DNA from: Synechococcus sp. CO36386bin_29
GTDB lineage: Bacteria > Cyanobacteriota > Cyanobacteriia > PCC-6307 > Cyanobiaceae
DNA length: 64,000 bases
NCBI GenBank assembly: GCA_011523835.1
Contig: WTFZ01000194.1
Location: 134-64,133 of the forward strand
Reading direction: 5' to 3'
Within the stretch, counting starts at the first letter, position 1. Every line of letters starts with the position of its first letter. Below the pieces are notes generated by a model. The model saw nothing but the letters and a program-made list of their open reading frames with translations. It was not told where the DNA came from and searched no databases. Made by a program: the position numbers and the translations under genes. Below are positions 29,478 through 39,112 of this stretch, one piece after another.

Positions 29478-30650
29478 ATGGCCAGTCTGCTTGAGCAGCT
29501 CTCTGCAATGACCGTTGTTGTGGCAGATACGGGGGATCTGGAGGCAATCCGTAAGTTCACCCCTAGGGATGCCACCACCAATCCATCCTTGATCCTGGCG
29601 GCTGCTCAGATTCCCGCTTACCAGAGTCTCATTGATGAAGCGCTGCGTTCATCCCGTCGATTGATCGGCGACAACGCTCCTGTGGAACTGGTGGTTCGTG
29701 AGGCTCTTGATGAAATCAGCGTGATCTTCGGCAAGGAAATCCTCAAGATCGTTCCCCGGCGTGTGTCCACCGAGGTCGATGCCCGGCTCAGTTATGACAC
29801 CGACGCCACGATCGAAAAGGGTCGCAAGCTGATTCGTCTTTATAACGATGCAGGCATCAGCAACGACCGTGTGCTGATCAAGATTGCTTCCACATGGGAA
29901 GGCATCAAAGCTGCTGAAGTTCTTGAGAAAGAGGGAATTCACTGCAACCTCACCCTTCTGTTCGGGTTCGGTCAGGCCGTGGCTTGTGCCGAAGCCGGCG
30001 TCACCCTGATCTCACCGTTCGTCGGTCGCATTCTTGATTGGTACAAAGCGGATACCGGCCGTGATTCTTATCCCGGTCCTGAAGATCCCGGCGTGCTTTC
30101 TGTGACTCGGATCTTCAATTACTTCAAAACCTACGGTTATAAAACTGAAGTGATGGGGGCGAGTTTCCGCAACATCGATGAAATCACCGAGCTCGCGGGC
30201 TGTGATCTGTTGACGATTTCACCCAAGCTCCTCGATCAGCTGCGTGAGAGCCAGGCCACCCTCTCCCGCAAGCTCGATGGTGAGAATCCCTCCAGCAGCG
30301 AGGCTCAGATCCACGTGGATCGTGAGCAGTTCGACGCCATGATGAAGAGCGATCGCATGGCTACAGACAAACTTGGTGAGGGCATCAAGGGATTCAGCAA
30401 AGCGATCGAAACCCTGGAGAGCATGCTGGCTCACCGCCTGGCCGAACTGGAGGGTGGCAAGGCTTTCGGTCATGCCGTTCAGGAGATCTTCCTGCTCAAT
30501 GACATGAACGGTGATGGATCCATCACCCGAGATGAGTGGCTCGGAAGCGATGCAGTGTTCGATGCTCTGGATCTCGATCACGATGGCCGTCTCACCCCGG
30601 AGGATGTTCGTCGAGGATTTGGTGCTGCGCTGTCGCTTACAACAGTCTGA
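29478..30650 (+). CDS. tal: Transaldolase with C-terminal EF-hand pair
   Basis: [49 protein letters not shown]; [12 protein letters not shown] and [12 protein letters not shown] loops. Confidence 0.97.
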   Translation: MASLLEQLSAMTVVVADTGDLEAIRKFTPRDATTNPSLILAAAQIPAYQSLIDEALRSSRRLIGDNAPVELVVREALDEISVIFGKEILKIVPRRVSTEVDARLSYDTDATIEKGRKLIRLYNDAGISNDRVLIKIASTWEGIKAAEVLEKEGIHCNLTLLFGFGQAVACAEAGVTLISPFVGRILDWYKADTGRDSYPGPEDPGVLSVTRIFNYFKTYGYKTEVMGASFRNIDEITELAGCDLLTISPKLLDQLRESQATLSRKLDGENPSSSEAQIHVDREQFDAMMKSDRMATDKLGEGIKGFSKAIETLESMLAHRLAELEGGKAFGHAVQEIFLLNDMNGDGSITRDEWLGSDAVFDALDLDHDGRLTPEDVRRGFGAALSLTTV

Positions 30651-30717
30651 GTTCGGTCATTTCTAGACCGATTCTTGATCTGCGCGAATCACAATTCAAT
30701 GATTTCCATCAGCTGAC

Positions 30718-31104
30718 GTGAACGCTCTCGACACCATGCGTGCCCTCGCTAAGAAGAGCGAGGTGCGCACATTCAAGACCGGCGACATCATTTTCAAAGC
30801 GGATGATCCCGGGGCTTCGATGTTCGGGGTGCTCGAAGGTTCAGTGCGTTTGTCTTGGCAGAACGACCACGGTCATCAGGGATACGAGCTCATTGAGGCC
30901 GGCAACGTGTTTGGAGCCGGAGCCCTTGTGATGGATGGTCACCGCCGCCTTGGGACGGCGCAGGCGGAAAGCACCTGCCGTCTGATTGAGATGAACAGGG
31001 AGAAGTTCCTGTTCGCCGTTCAGGAAGCTCCGATGTTCGCGATTGAGCTGCTGGCTTCTGTGGATTCGCGTCTTCGCGATTTGAAAATTACGTCCGTCAA
31101 CTGA
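30718..31104 (+). CDS. Stand-alone cyclic-nucleotide-binding (CAP_ED) domain protein
   Basis: F..GDIIF..DD....MFGVLEGSV, G.VFG...L....R..TA.A..C.L; no HTH. Confidence 0.85.
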   Translation: MNALDTMRALAKKSEVRTFKTGDIIFKADDPGASMFGVLEGSVRLSWQNDHGHQGYELIEAGNVFGAGALVMDGHRRLGTAQAESTCRLIEMNREKFLFAVQEAPMFAIELLASVDSRLRDLKITSVN

Positions 31105-31152
31105 CCGGCTTTTCTATCGTCCGCTCATTCCACTCGGCTTTGGCCGTGATCC

Positions 31153-32625
31153 ATGACCCTCCAGCTGGTCTGGTTCAAACGTGATTTGAGACTGGTGGAC
31201 CATCAGCCCCTGGTCAGAGCTCTGGCCAGGGGGCCGGTGTTGCCTCTCTATATCGTTGAACCTGAACTCTGGCGCCAACCAGATTGCTCAGCCAGGCAAT
31301 GGGCGTTCTGCCGGGAATCCCTTCAGGATCTCCAGCGGGCTTGTGCCGCTCTTGGCCAGCCGCTGATCATCCGCAGTGGTAACGCCGTTGACGTGCTGGA
31401 ACGGGCCCGGTGTCAACTCGGGGTGTCGGCACTCTGGAGCCATGAGGAAACAGGCAACGCCTGGACGTTTGCCCGTGACCGTCGGGTGGCGGCATGGGCC
31501 AGGGAACGGGGCATCCCCTGGCATGAGCTGCCCCAGTTCGGAGTGGTCAGGCGCTCACGCAGCCGCAGGGGGTGGGCCCGCCGTTGGGAGGAGCGCATGG
31601 GGGAGGCCATCACTCCGGCACCCTCAGGTTTGACGCCCCTGCCTGGCATCGCCCATGGAGAGCTTCCGACCGTTGATGCCCTGTCTCTCCCTGCCGATCC
31701 TTGCGCGCACCGGCAGCTTGGCGGCCGACGTTTGGGGCTTCAGGAGCTTGACGATTTCCTGACGCATCGGGTGCAGCGCTACTGCCGCTCCATCTCCAGT
31801 CCGAACCTGGCCTTCAACGGCTGCTCCAGGCTTTCCGCTTACATCACATGGGGCTGCCTTTCCATGCGCGAGGTGCTGCAACGCAGCCGTGAACTCAAGG
31901 GTCGTGGGGTGAGCAGTTTCGGCTCTCGGCTGCACTGGCATTGCCATTTCATCCAGAAACTGGAAGATCAGCCCCCGATCGAATGGGAGGACTTTCATCC
32001 CTTCATGCGCGGCATCCGCTCTTTGGATCACGATCGCTTTGCGGCCTGGGCCGAGGGACAAACAGGTGTTCCCTTCGTGGATGCCTGCATGCGGGCTCTG
32101 CGAGCCCATGGCTGGATCAACTTCCGCATGCGGGCCATGTTGATGTCGTTCGCCAGTTACAACCTCTGGCTCCCCTGGCGTGAGACAGGTCTGCATCTGG
32201 CCAGGCAGTTCGTGGATTACGAGCCGGGTATTCATTGGAGTCAGTGCCAGATGCAGTCGGGCAGCACCTCCATCAACACGATCCGCATTTACAACCCGAT
32301 CAAGCAGGGGATGGACCATGACCCCGAAGGGACCTTCATCCGCCGTTGGTGTCCCGAACTTGAGGATGTTCCAGCTGTGCATTTGCACGAACCCTGGTCT
32401 CTCGGCGGTACTAGGCCGATGCCGATCGTTGATTGCGCTCAGTCAGCGCGTGAAGCCAAAGAGCGCATTTTCGAGATTCGCCGCTCCGCAGGGTTTGATC
32501 GCCATGCCGATTCCATTCAGCAGCGCCATGGGTCCCGGCGTTCAGGTCTGCCCTCGACCCGGCGGAGACGATCAAGACGGCAGATTCCTGACCCCGGTGT
32601 TGAGCAACTGGCGCTGGATCTCTAG
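31153..32625 (+). CDS. Photolyase/cryptochrome family flavoprotein (atypical subgroup)
   Basis: LVWFKRDLRL.DH, SRLSAY..WG.LS.R, W.EGQTG.P.VDACMR.L...GW, R.YNP..Q...DPEG.FIRRW.PEL. Confidence 0.9.
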   Translation: MTLQLVWFKRDLRLVDHQPLVRALARGPVLPLYIVEPELWRQPDCSARQWAFCRESLQDLQRACAALGQPLIIRSGNAVDVLERARCQLGVSALWSHEETGNAWTFARDRRVAAWARERGIPWHELPQFGVVRRSRSRRGWARRWEERMGEAITPAPSGLTPLPGIAHGELPTVDALSLPADPCAHRQLGGRRLGLQELDDFLTHRVQRYCRSISSPNLAFNGCSRLSAYITWGCLSMREVLQRSRELKGRGVSSFGSRLHWHCHFIQKLEDQPPIEWEDFHPFMRGIRSLDHDRFAAWAEGQTGVPFVDACMRALRAHGWINFRMRAMLMSFASYNLWLPWRETGLHLARQFVDYEPGIHWSQCQMQSGSTSINTIRIYNPIKQGMDHDPEGTFIRRWCPELEDVPAVHLHEPWSLGGTRPMPIVDCAQSAREAKERIFEIRRSAGFDRHADSIQQRHGSRRSGLPSTRRRRSRRQIPDPGVEQLALDL

Positions 32626-33752
32626 CCCCGTTGCAGGAGAAGGCGACGGATCACCCGTTGGGCGATGTCGCCGTAGCCCATTTCCCCGGAAAGGATTTGG
32701 GCAATTCTTCGCGGAGCTGTGGGTCGTTTGATCCCAAGCTGGTATCCCACGCCTGGAAAGCGATAGAACACCTGGGCGATGCGGCGGCCCCAGGCCATGG
32801 AGTCCCCCCAGCGGTGACGCATCACCGTGGTGTAGTCAGCGAGGGACGGCACGTCATTCCTGAGCCAGCGGTCGAGACATGTCGCGGCTTCGCATCCGCT
32901 CATCAGGGCCGGTCGCAAGCCTTCCGCCAGAAAGGGATCACAAAGTGATGCCGCATCGCCGACCGCCACCATTCCGTTGCCGTGCAGTGGACTATGGCCG
33001 TTCCAGACCCGCAGTGCCGCCTGTTGGCGGAGGCCAGCATCGGCTGGGAAACCGAGATCAGGAAGCAAGGCATTCAGAACGGTCTCGGCATCCATCGGAT
33101 TGCGGCCGATGAACGTGCCCACTCCGACATTGATTCCCCCGTTCAGGGGAAAGGCCCAGGCGAAGCCGTGGTGGACAAGACCGAATTCGAAACGAGCCAC
33201 ACCAGGGTGGAGTGTTCCAAGCCCATCCAGGCGCACCGAAAGGGTGCTGGCGAGGTGGAGATCACGGGGGCCAAGTCCGAACTGCCCTGACCAGGGTGAT
33301 GCCGAACCATCCGCAATCACCACCGCTTTGGATTTCAAAGTGTTGCCGCAGGCGGAGCGGATTGTCCACTGCCCATCGTCACGGTCGATGTCCTGAACCA
33401 GAAAGGGGCATTGGAGGGTGGCTCCGGCCTCCTGAGCCTTTTCAAGCAGCAAGCCATCGAGCCGTTCGCGTCTCACAATCCAGAACGGTGCTTCTCCTGG
33501 AAGCTCAGCGATCACAGGATCGTTCAAGCACCAGCTGAAATCCACCTGGCGGATCACATCGTCGACCGCTGGGCTCAGATCAAAGGGAAACCACTGCTGA
33601 ACCGATGACGCCATGCCGCCCCCACAGGGCTTGATGCGTGGACCCTCAACGGCTTCCAACACGGACACGCGATGCCCGGCATTGGCAAGGTGAAACGCTG
33701 TTGCGGAGCCGGCGGCCCCGGCTCCGATCACAGCGACGTCGTAGACGCTCAC
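32622..33752 (-). CDS. Geranylgeranyl reductase-family FAD-dependent oxidoreductase
   Basis: [33 protein letters not shown]...DPF.AEG. Confidence 0.88.
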   Translation of the reverse strand: MSVYDVAVIGAGAAGSATAFHLANAGHRVSVLEAVEGPRIKPCGGGMASSVQQWFPFDLSPAVDDVIRQVDFSWCLNDPVIAELPGEAPFWIVRRERLDGLLLEKAQEAGATLQCPFLVQDIDRDDGQWTIRSACGNTLKSKAVVIADGSASPWSGQFGLGPRDLHLASTLSVRLDGLGTLHPGVARFEFGLVHHGFAWAFPLNGGINVGVGTFIGRNPMDAETVLNALLPDLGFPADAGLRQQAALRVWNGHSPLHGNGMVAVGDAASLCDPFLAEGLRPALMSGCEAATCLDRWLRNDVPSLADYTTVMRHRWGDSMAWGRRIAQVFYRFPGVGYQLGIKRPTAPRRIAQILSGEMGYGDIAQRVIRRLLLQRG

Positions 33753-34297
33753 ACCTTCAAGATGTCGGCTTCTTTGGTGGCGAGGTGCTGTTCCAGTTCA
33801 GCAACGAACTTGTCGAGCGTTTTCTGCACACTGTCTTGTTCATCTCGGCTCTGGTCTTCGGAGTAATCGCCCTCCTTTTCCTGCTTCTTGATTTTGTCGA
33901 TTGCATCGCGGCGCAGGTTGCGCAGGGCCACCTTGCCTTCTTCGGCGTACTTGGAGGCCAGCTTGCAGAACTCCTTGCGACGCTCCTCAGTCAGTGGGGG
34001 AACGTTGATGCGGATCACCTTGCCGTCGTTGTTCGGGGTGAAACCCAGTTCACTCATGGCGATCGCTTTTTCGATCAAGGCCAGAGCACTGATGTCAAAC
34101 GGCTGAATCTGAATCGTCTGAGAATCAGGGGTGGAAAGGGTTGCCAGCGACTTCAGTGGTGTTTCGGCGCCGTAGTACTCAACGCTGATTCGATCCAGCA
34201 GGGAGGAATTTGCCCTTCCGGTGCGGATGGTGTTGAAGTTGCGCTGGGTGGCTTCCACCGACTTGCGCATGCTGGATTCGAGATCGGATTGAGACAT
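33749..34297 (-). CDS. frr: Ribosome recycling factor
   Basis: IRTGRAN, VEYYG, PNNDG..IR...[16 protein letters not shown]. Confidence 0.98.
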   Translation of the reverse strand: MSQSDLESSMRKSVEATQRNFNTIRTGRANSSLLDRISVEYYGAETPLKSLATLSTPDSQTIQIQPFDISALALIEKAIAMSELGFTPNNDGKVIRINVPPLTEERRKEFCKLASKYAEEGKVALRNLRRDAIDKIKKQEKEGDYSEDQSRDEQDSVQKTLDKFVAELEQHLATKEADILKV

Positions 34298-34305
34298 GAC
34301 GATGA

Positions 34306-35013
34306 CTAGTTGCTGATGCGAGAACCGATGGGCTCACCTGCCACGGCACGGCCGATGTTGCCGGCTTCGAACAGATTGAAGACCACGATGGGGATGTTGT
34401 TGTCTTTGCAGAGGGCGATGGCCGTGCTGTCCATCACCGCCAATTCACCACTGAGAACCTGTTGGAACGTCAGTGTGTCGTAACGCACTGCATCGGCGTA
34501 TTTGTGAGGGTCTTTGTCATAGACCCCATCCACCTTGGTGGCTTTAAAAACAACATCCGCACTGATCTCTGCAGCCCTTAGAGCTGCGGTGGTATCGGTG
34601 GTGAAGAAGGGGTTTCCGCAACCTGCGCCGAAGACCACCACACGACCTTTTTCCAGGTGCCTGATCGCCCGCCTGCGGATGTAAGGCTCGGCTACCTCTT
34701 GCATTTCGATGGCGGTCTGCACCCTGGTGGGAATCCCAGCTCGCTCGAGGCCATCTTGCAAGGTGATGGCATTCATCACAGTGGCGAGCATCCCCACGTA
34801 ATCCGCCGTGGCACGATCCATCCCCGCGGCTGATCCCTTCAGCCCTCGAAAAATATTGCCACCACCAACAACGATCGCCAGTTGGGTGCCGCTGGCTACA
34901 ACACCGGCCACGTCTTTGGCGATGGCCTGAACAATGGCTGGATCGATCCCGTAGCCCTGATCTCCCATCAGCGCTTCACCGCTGAGTTTCAGGAGTGCGC
35001 GCGCGTAGGCCAT
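34306..35013 (-). CDS. pyrH: Uridylate kinase
   Basis: [51 protein letters not shown]. Confidence 0.98.
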   Translation of the reverse strand: MAYARALLKLSGEALMGDQGYGIDPAIVQAIAKDVAGVVASGTQLAIVVGGGNIFRGLKGSAAGMDRATADYVGMLATVMNAITLQDGLERAGIPTRVQTAIEMQEVAEPYIRRRAIRHLEKGRVVVFGAGCGNPFFTTDTTAALRAAEISADVVFKATKVDGVYDKDPHKYADAVRYDTLTFQQVLSGELAVMDSTAIALCKDNNIPIVVFNLFEAGNIGRAVAGEPIGSRISN

Positions 35014-35115
35014 TCATCCACCTGATCCCGCTGACAGTAGCAAGCGAGATCTGACGGTCCCATCACTGGCGCCATGGGGCAGATACCGCTTGGATGGAGA
35101 AGCGATGAGGAATCC

Positions 35116-35301
35116 ATGGCTGAGGAGAACGGCTCGCGCAGCTCGGTGATGGCTCGTCTGACCCTGTCGGCACTTGATCGGGCCAGCCAGGATCCTTCCT
35201 GTTGGCGTGATCCTTTGGTGCACCGCGCACTCCTGGTGAGTGGATTGTCCGTGTTGACTGCAGCAATGGGGCTGTTGCGAAGCGATCTCGATCAGCAGTA
35301 A
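35116..35301 (+). CDS. Small conserved hypothetical protein
   Basis: MARLTLSALDRASQDPSCWRDPLVHRALLVSGLSVL; fills the gap between pyrH and cobO; start uncertain. Confidence 0.55.
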   Translation: MAEENGSRSSVMARLTLSALDRASQDPSCWRDPLVHRALLVSGLSVLTAAMGLLRSDLDQQ

Positions 35302-35304
35302 TCT

Positions 35305-35970
35305 CTAAAATTCAATCCCTGCTTGCGCTTTAACGCCCTGCTCGCGAAACGGGTGATGAATCAGCGTCATCTCCGTAACCAGATCGGCTGCATCCACAAG
35401 TTCTGCGGGTGCTCCTCGACCCGTCACGGCCACGTGGGTTAGTTCTGGTCGCTCCCTCAGTCCTGCAATCACGGTGGCTGCATCGATATAACCCAGCTTG
35501 AGCGCCACATTCAATTCATCAAGCAGCACCAGTTTCACCGCTTCATCCCGCAGATAGTCCAGGGCTGTCTGCCAGGCCGTCTCCACAAGTTGCTGATCCC
35601 GTTTCCGGTCCTGGGTCTCCCAGGTGAAGCCCTCGCCCAATGCATGCCATCGCACCTGATCTCCGAACGCTTTCAGTGCCCGCGCTTCTCCAGGTTCCCA
35701 GCCGCCCTTGATGAACTGCACGATGGCCACTCGCTCACCGTGACCGAGCGTGCGCAAGACGAGACCCAGCCCTGCGGTTGTTTTTCCCTTGCCCTGGCCG
35801 GTGAACACCAGAATCAAGCCCTTCTCCTTATTGCGTTCTTCAACCCGCTGCTTCTGCACTTGCTGGCGGCGCTCCATCCGTTTGCGATACCCGGCATCGT
35901 CTGTTTCAGGGGCGAGCTTTCCGCCCATGCCCAGCTCCGCGGCTGATTGATCGAGATCCTGCGGACTCAT
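35305..35970 (-). CDS. cobO: Cob(I)alamin adenosyltransferase
   Basis: TG.GKGKTTA..G, VQFIKG, GEGFTW, LDELN, TGR.AP, ADLVTEM, HPF..G..AQ.GIEF. Confidence 0.95.
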   Translation of the reverse strand: MSPQDLDQSAAELGMGGKLAPETDDAGYRKRMERRQQVQKQRVEERNKEKGLILVFTGQGKGKTTAGLGLVLRTLGHGERVAIVQFIKGGWEPGEARALKAFGDQVRWHALGEGFTWETQDRKRDQQLVETAWQTALDYLRDEAVKLVLLDELNVALKLGYIDAATVIAGLRERPELTHVAVTGRGAPAELVDAADLVTEMTLIHHPFREQGVKAQAGIEF

Positions 35971-36614
35971 GACTGTTCGGTTTGGATGGGACGCATGGCG
36001 GTGATCCGTTGCAGTGCCTTCCCTGCGAGAAGCTCCTGCTTCACAAACGTGAAACCAAGCCGCTCAAGTTGGGAGGGCAGATCGTCTTCCAGCATGGCGG
36101 TCGCCGTGTCTGTTTCAAACAGCTCACAAAAGATCTGCTGAGGCAGTCGCAGCCAGGGGCCGGCCGGATGCAGATCCACCAGCACCAGCCAACCACCGGG
36201 TTGAAGCAGTTTCAGAGCACTGCTCAAAACCATCTCCCTCTCAGTGCGTGGGAATTCATGCAGGGCCACGCTCAGCTGGATGGCGCTGAAACTCCCGGCA
36301 GGTAATGGGGGATTCTCGGCAAGGCCCTCCACCTGTTCCAGCATCGGGTGGCGCGTCGCGGCCAGCTCCAAGGCACGAGGGGAGAGATCGAGACCGGTCA
36401 CCGCAAAGCCCGCGGCGAGCCAGGGGGCCGCAGCCTCACCGCTTCCGCAACACAGATCCAGCACAGCCGACCCCGGTTGCAGATGCGCTTGAAGCGCTTC
36501 AAGACCCAGGCTTCGGAGTCTGTCGACACCTCCCACGCTCAGAGAGGACACCGCTGTGACCGTGTCGTAGATCCAGCGATAGCGATAGGCCAGGGGGCGG
36601 AGGAATGACGACAT
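35967..36614 (-). CDS. Class I SAM-dependent methyltransferase (UbiE-like)
   Basis: VLDLCCGSG, GLDLSP, ALHE, L.PGG. Confidence 0.88.
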   Translation of the reverse strand: MSSFLRPLAYRYRWIYDTVTAVSSLSVGGVDRLRSLGLEALQAHLQPGSAVLDLCCGSGEAAAPWLAAGFAVTGLDLSPRALELAATRHPMLEQVEGLAENPPLPAGSFSAIQLSVALHEFPRTEREMVLSSALKLLQPGGWLVLVDLHPAGPWLRLPQQIFCELFETDTATAMLEDDLPSQLERLGFTFVKQELLAGKALQRITAMRPIQTEQS

Positions 36615-36627
36615 CAGGAGAGGAGGA

Positions 36628-37782
36628 TCAGGCTCGATGACGGGCTAATGCCGCATCCACTGCCTGCTGCTGATCGCGGCGGGTGATCCAGTGGTGATAG
36701 GTGCGCGTGTGAATAGCCACCGAGTGGCCCATCATCCTGGCGGCAACGGTGTCCGGAAGGCCGATGTGAATGGTTCGCACGGCCCAGGCATGGCGGAGGT
36801 CATAGGGCGTGATTGGCAAGTCGTAGCGGCGGAACTGTTCGCTCACTCGTCTCCCCACCTGTTGCAGGGTGGTACGGCGCAGGTCCTTGCAGATGGTTGG
36901 CAACGCTTTCGGATCGTCAGCCAGTTCCTGAAGGCTGAAGCGTTCGACCCACTCGGGATGGAAGGGCCAGCTCTGGTGCTCTCCGGTTTTTGTTGTGGGC
37001 AACACCCGGAGAACGCGATCTCCACCCTCGGCCAATGCTGAGCAATCGCAGAAAAACACTTCATGGTTGCGCAGCCCGTAGGTGGCCATCAGGCCATAGG
37101 CCAGTCGCCAGCTTGGATTCGGAATCGTAAGGGCGGCTTCAAGAATCTGGCGGTCTGTCGGCAGCTGGCGGAAGCGGGCCCGGTGCAGGCCGTAACCTCC
37201 AGCCTCGTCACGCCAGTCATCCGGCAGCGGAATCTCCAGAAAGCGGGCGAAGGCTGCCAGTGCTGTGGCGCATTGCTGGCGGCTGCGACTGCCATCCTCG
37301 TAACTGACGAGTGTCTGCATCAACAGGTCGGCGTTGATGGTGCCGCCATCGGCCAGCTTCGATAATCGGCGCAGGTAGGGCAGGTAGGCACCGCTCCAGG
37401 TTGTGCGGCTGCCTGCTGGAGAGCGGCGACGTCGGGGATCTGCGAAGAAGGCTTCTTTGAAGCGATCCACAGCCCTGATTGCCGCCTGAGCGGGAATCTG
37501 TGTGAGGGTTTCGCCCCGGCGTGCGGACCAGACGGACCAGTCGAAGCACCCCTGATCGAGCTGCAGTTTGATCAGAGAGGCGGAATGAGTGGCGTGCTCG
37601 AGGCCATCGGCATCTGCGCTGACGCCGAGGCTGATGCGCTGGACCCCGAGCTTGTCGGGATCCTGTCGCCGTGGCAGTAACCCGCGCAGGTTCAAGCGGC
37701 GGCCGCGTTGCTCGATTCGCAGTGTCGATCCCTGCGCCGCCAAACGCGTATTGGCGGAAACCAACGCCCTTTCGAACTCCAT
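36628..37782 (-). CDS. Tyrosine recombinase / site-specific integrase (cyanobacterial XisA/XisC-like family)
   Basis: YGLRNHE (R), TKTG (K), YDLRH (R), MMGHS..H...Y (H, Y). Confidence 0.88.
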   Translation of the reverse strand: MEFERALVSANTRLAAQGSTLRIEQRGRRLNLRGLLPRRQDPDKLGVQRISLGVSADADGLEHATHSASLIKLQLDQGCFDWSVWSARRGETLTQIPAQAAIRAVDRFKEAFFADPRRRRSPAGSRTTWSGAYLPYLRRLSKLADGGTINADLLMQTLVSYEDGSRSRQQCATALAAFARFLEIPLPDDWRDEAGGYGLHRARFRQLPTDRQILEAALTIPNPSWRLAYGLMATYGLRNHEVFFCDCSALAEGGDRVLRVLPTTKTGEHQSWPFHPEWVERFSLQELADDPKALPTICKDLRRTTLQQVGRRVSEQFRRYDLPITPYDLRHAWAVRTIHIGLPDTVAARMMGHSVAIHTRTYHHWITRRDQQQAVDAALARHRA

Positions 37783-37854
37783 AAATGTGTCGCCGATGCT
37801 AAGGATCACGTGAATGGCCGCTACGCTCAACCCCCTAAATCCGGTGTGATTGCT

Positions 37855-39030
37855 ATGTCCCGCGTCGGCGTCGTACTGCTGAATCTGGGGGGACCCGAGC
37901 GCATACAGGATGTGGGTCCGTTCCTGTTCAATCTCTTTGCGGATCCCGAGATCATCCGCTTACCCATACCGGCTCTGCAGAAGCCTCTGGCGTGGTTGAT
38001 CAGCACCCTGCGAAGCGGCAAATCCCAGGAGGCCTACCGCTCCATTGGAGGAGGCTCACCGCTGAGGAGGATTACGGAGCAGCAAGCGAGGGAACTTCAG
38101 AGCCTGCTGCGACAGCGCGGAATCGACGCCACCAGCTACGTGGCCATGCGCTACTGGCATCCGTTCACTGAATCCGCCGTCGCCGATATCAAGGCCGACG
38201 GCATGGATGAAGTGGTTGTTCTTCCTCTTTATCCCCACTTCTCCATCAGTACGAGTGGATCCAGCTTCCGTGAACTTCAGCGGTTGCGTCAGGGTGATGA
38301 CACCTTTGAAAAGCTGCCGATCCGATGCATCCGCAGTTGGTTTGATCACCCCGGATATGTGCGGGCGATGGCCGAGTTGATCGCCGAAGAAGTGCGCAAC
38401 AGCGATGACCCCACCAAAGCTCACGTGTTCTTCAGTGCCCATGGCGTTCCCAAGAGTTATGTGGAGGAAGCCGGGGATCCTTATCAGCAGGAGATCGAGG
38501 CGTGCACGGATCTGATCATGAAGGAGCTTGGCCAGCAGATGGGCCATGCCAACCCCTTCACGCTGGCTTATCAGAGCCGGGTCGGTCCTGTGGAATGGCT
38601 CAAGCCATACACCGAGGAAGCGCTCGAAGAACTCGGCCAGGCCAAGACCAATGATCTGGTGGTGGTACCGATCAGCTTTGTCAGTGAACACATCGAAACT
38701 CTTGAGGAGATCGATATCGAATACCGCGAATTGGCGACAGAAGCTGGGGTGGTGAATTTCCGGCGTGTCCGCGCACTCGACACCTATCCGCCGTTTATCG
38801 AGGGGCTGGCCGACCTTGTGATCACCAGCCTGAAGGGTCCTGAAGTCAGCCTTGATGCGGCGGCTGAGCTGCCGACGAAGGTCAAGCTCTACCCCCAGGA
38901 GAAGTGGGAATGGGGTTGGAACAACACTTCAGAAGTTTGGAACGGCCGCCTGGCAATGCTTGGTTTTTCCGCTTTTCTTGTCGAGTTGATCAGTGGCCAC
39001 GGGCCGTTGCATGCCCTCGGACTTCTTTAA
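37855..39030 (+). CDS. hemH: Ferrochelatase with C-terminal CAB (HLIP-like) domain
   Basis: [54 protein letters not shown]; [12 protein letters not shown] tail. Confidence 0.97.
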   Translation: MSRVGVVLLNLGGPERIQDVGPFLFNLFADPEIIRLPIPALQKPLAWLISTLRSGKSQEAYRSIGGGSPLRRITEQQARELQSLLRQRGIDATSYVAMRYWHPFTESAVADIKADGMDEVVVLPLYPHFSISTSGSSFRELQRLRQGDDTFEKLPIRCIRSWFDHPGYVRAMAELIAEEVRNSDDPTKAHVFFSAHGVPKSYVEEAGDPYQQEIEACTDLIMKELGQQMGHANPFTLAYQSRVGPVEWLKPYTEEALEELGQAKTNDLVVVPISFVSEHIETLEEIDIEYRELATEAGVVNFRRVRALDTYPPFIEGLADLVITSLKGPEVSLDAAAELPTKVKLYPQEKWEWGWNNTSEVWNGRLAMLGFSAFLVELISGHGPLHALGLL

Positions 39031-39112
39031 GACCTGCTCAAGGCCTTGACTGCCTCGGGCAGGAAAACAGGTTGAACCTTAATCTTGAAGATCATTACCT
39101 CGTGATGCCGCT

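Noticed and set aside
12890-35970. cobK and cobO as part of a cobalamin island or B12 riboswitch locus
   Set aside because: They are dispersed single genes, as is normal in cyanobacteria, and no cobalamin riboswitch consensus was seen upstream of either.
38900-39030. HLIP-like segment as a separate hli gene
   Set aside because: It is in frame with ferrochelatase and is the known C-terminal CAB domain of cyanobacterial HemH.
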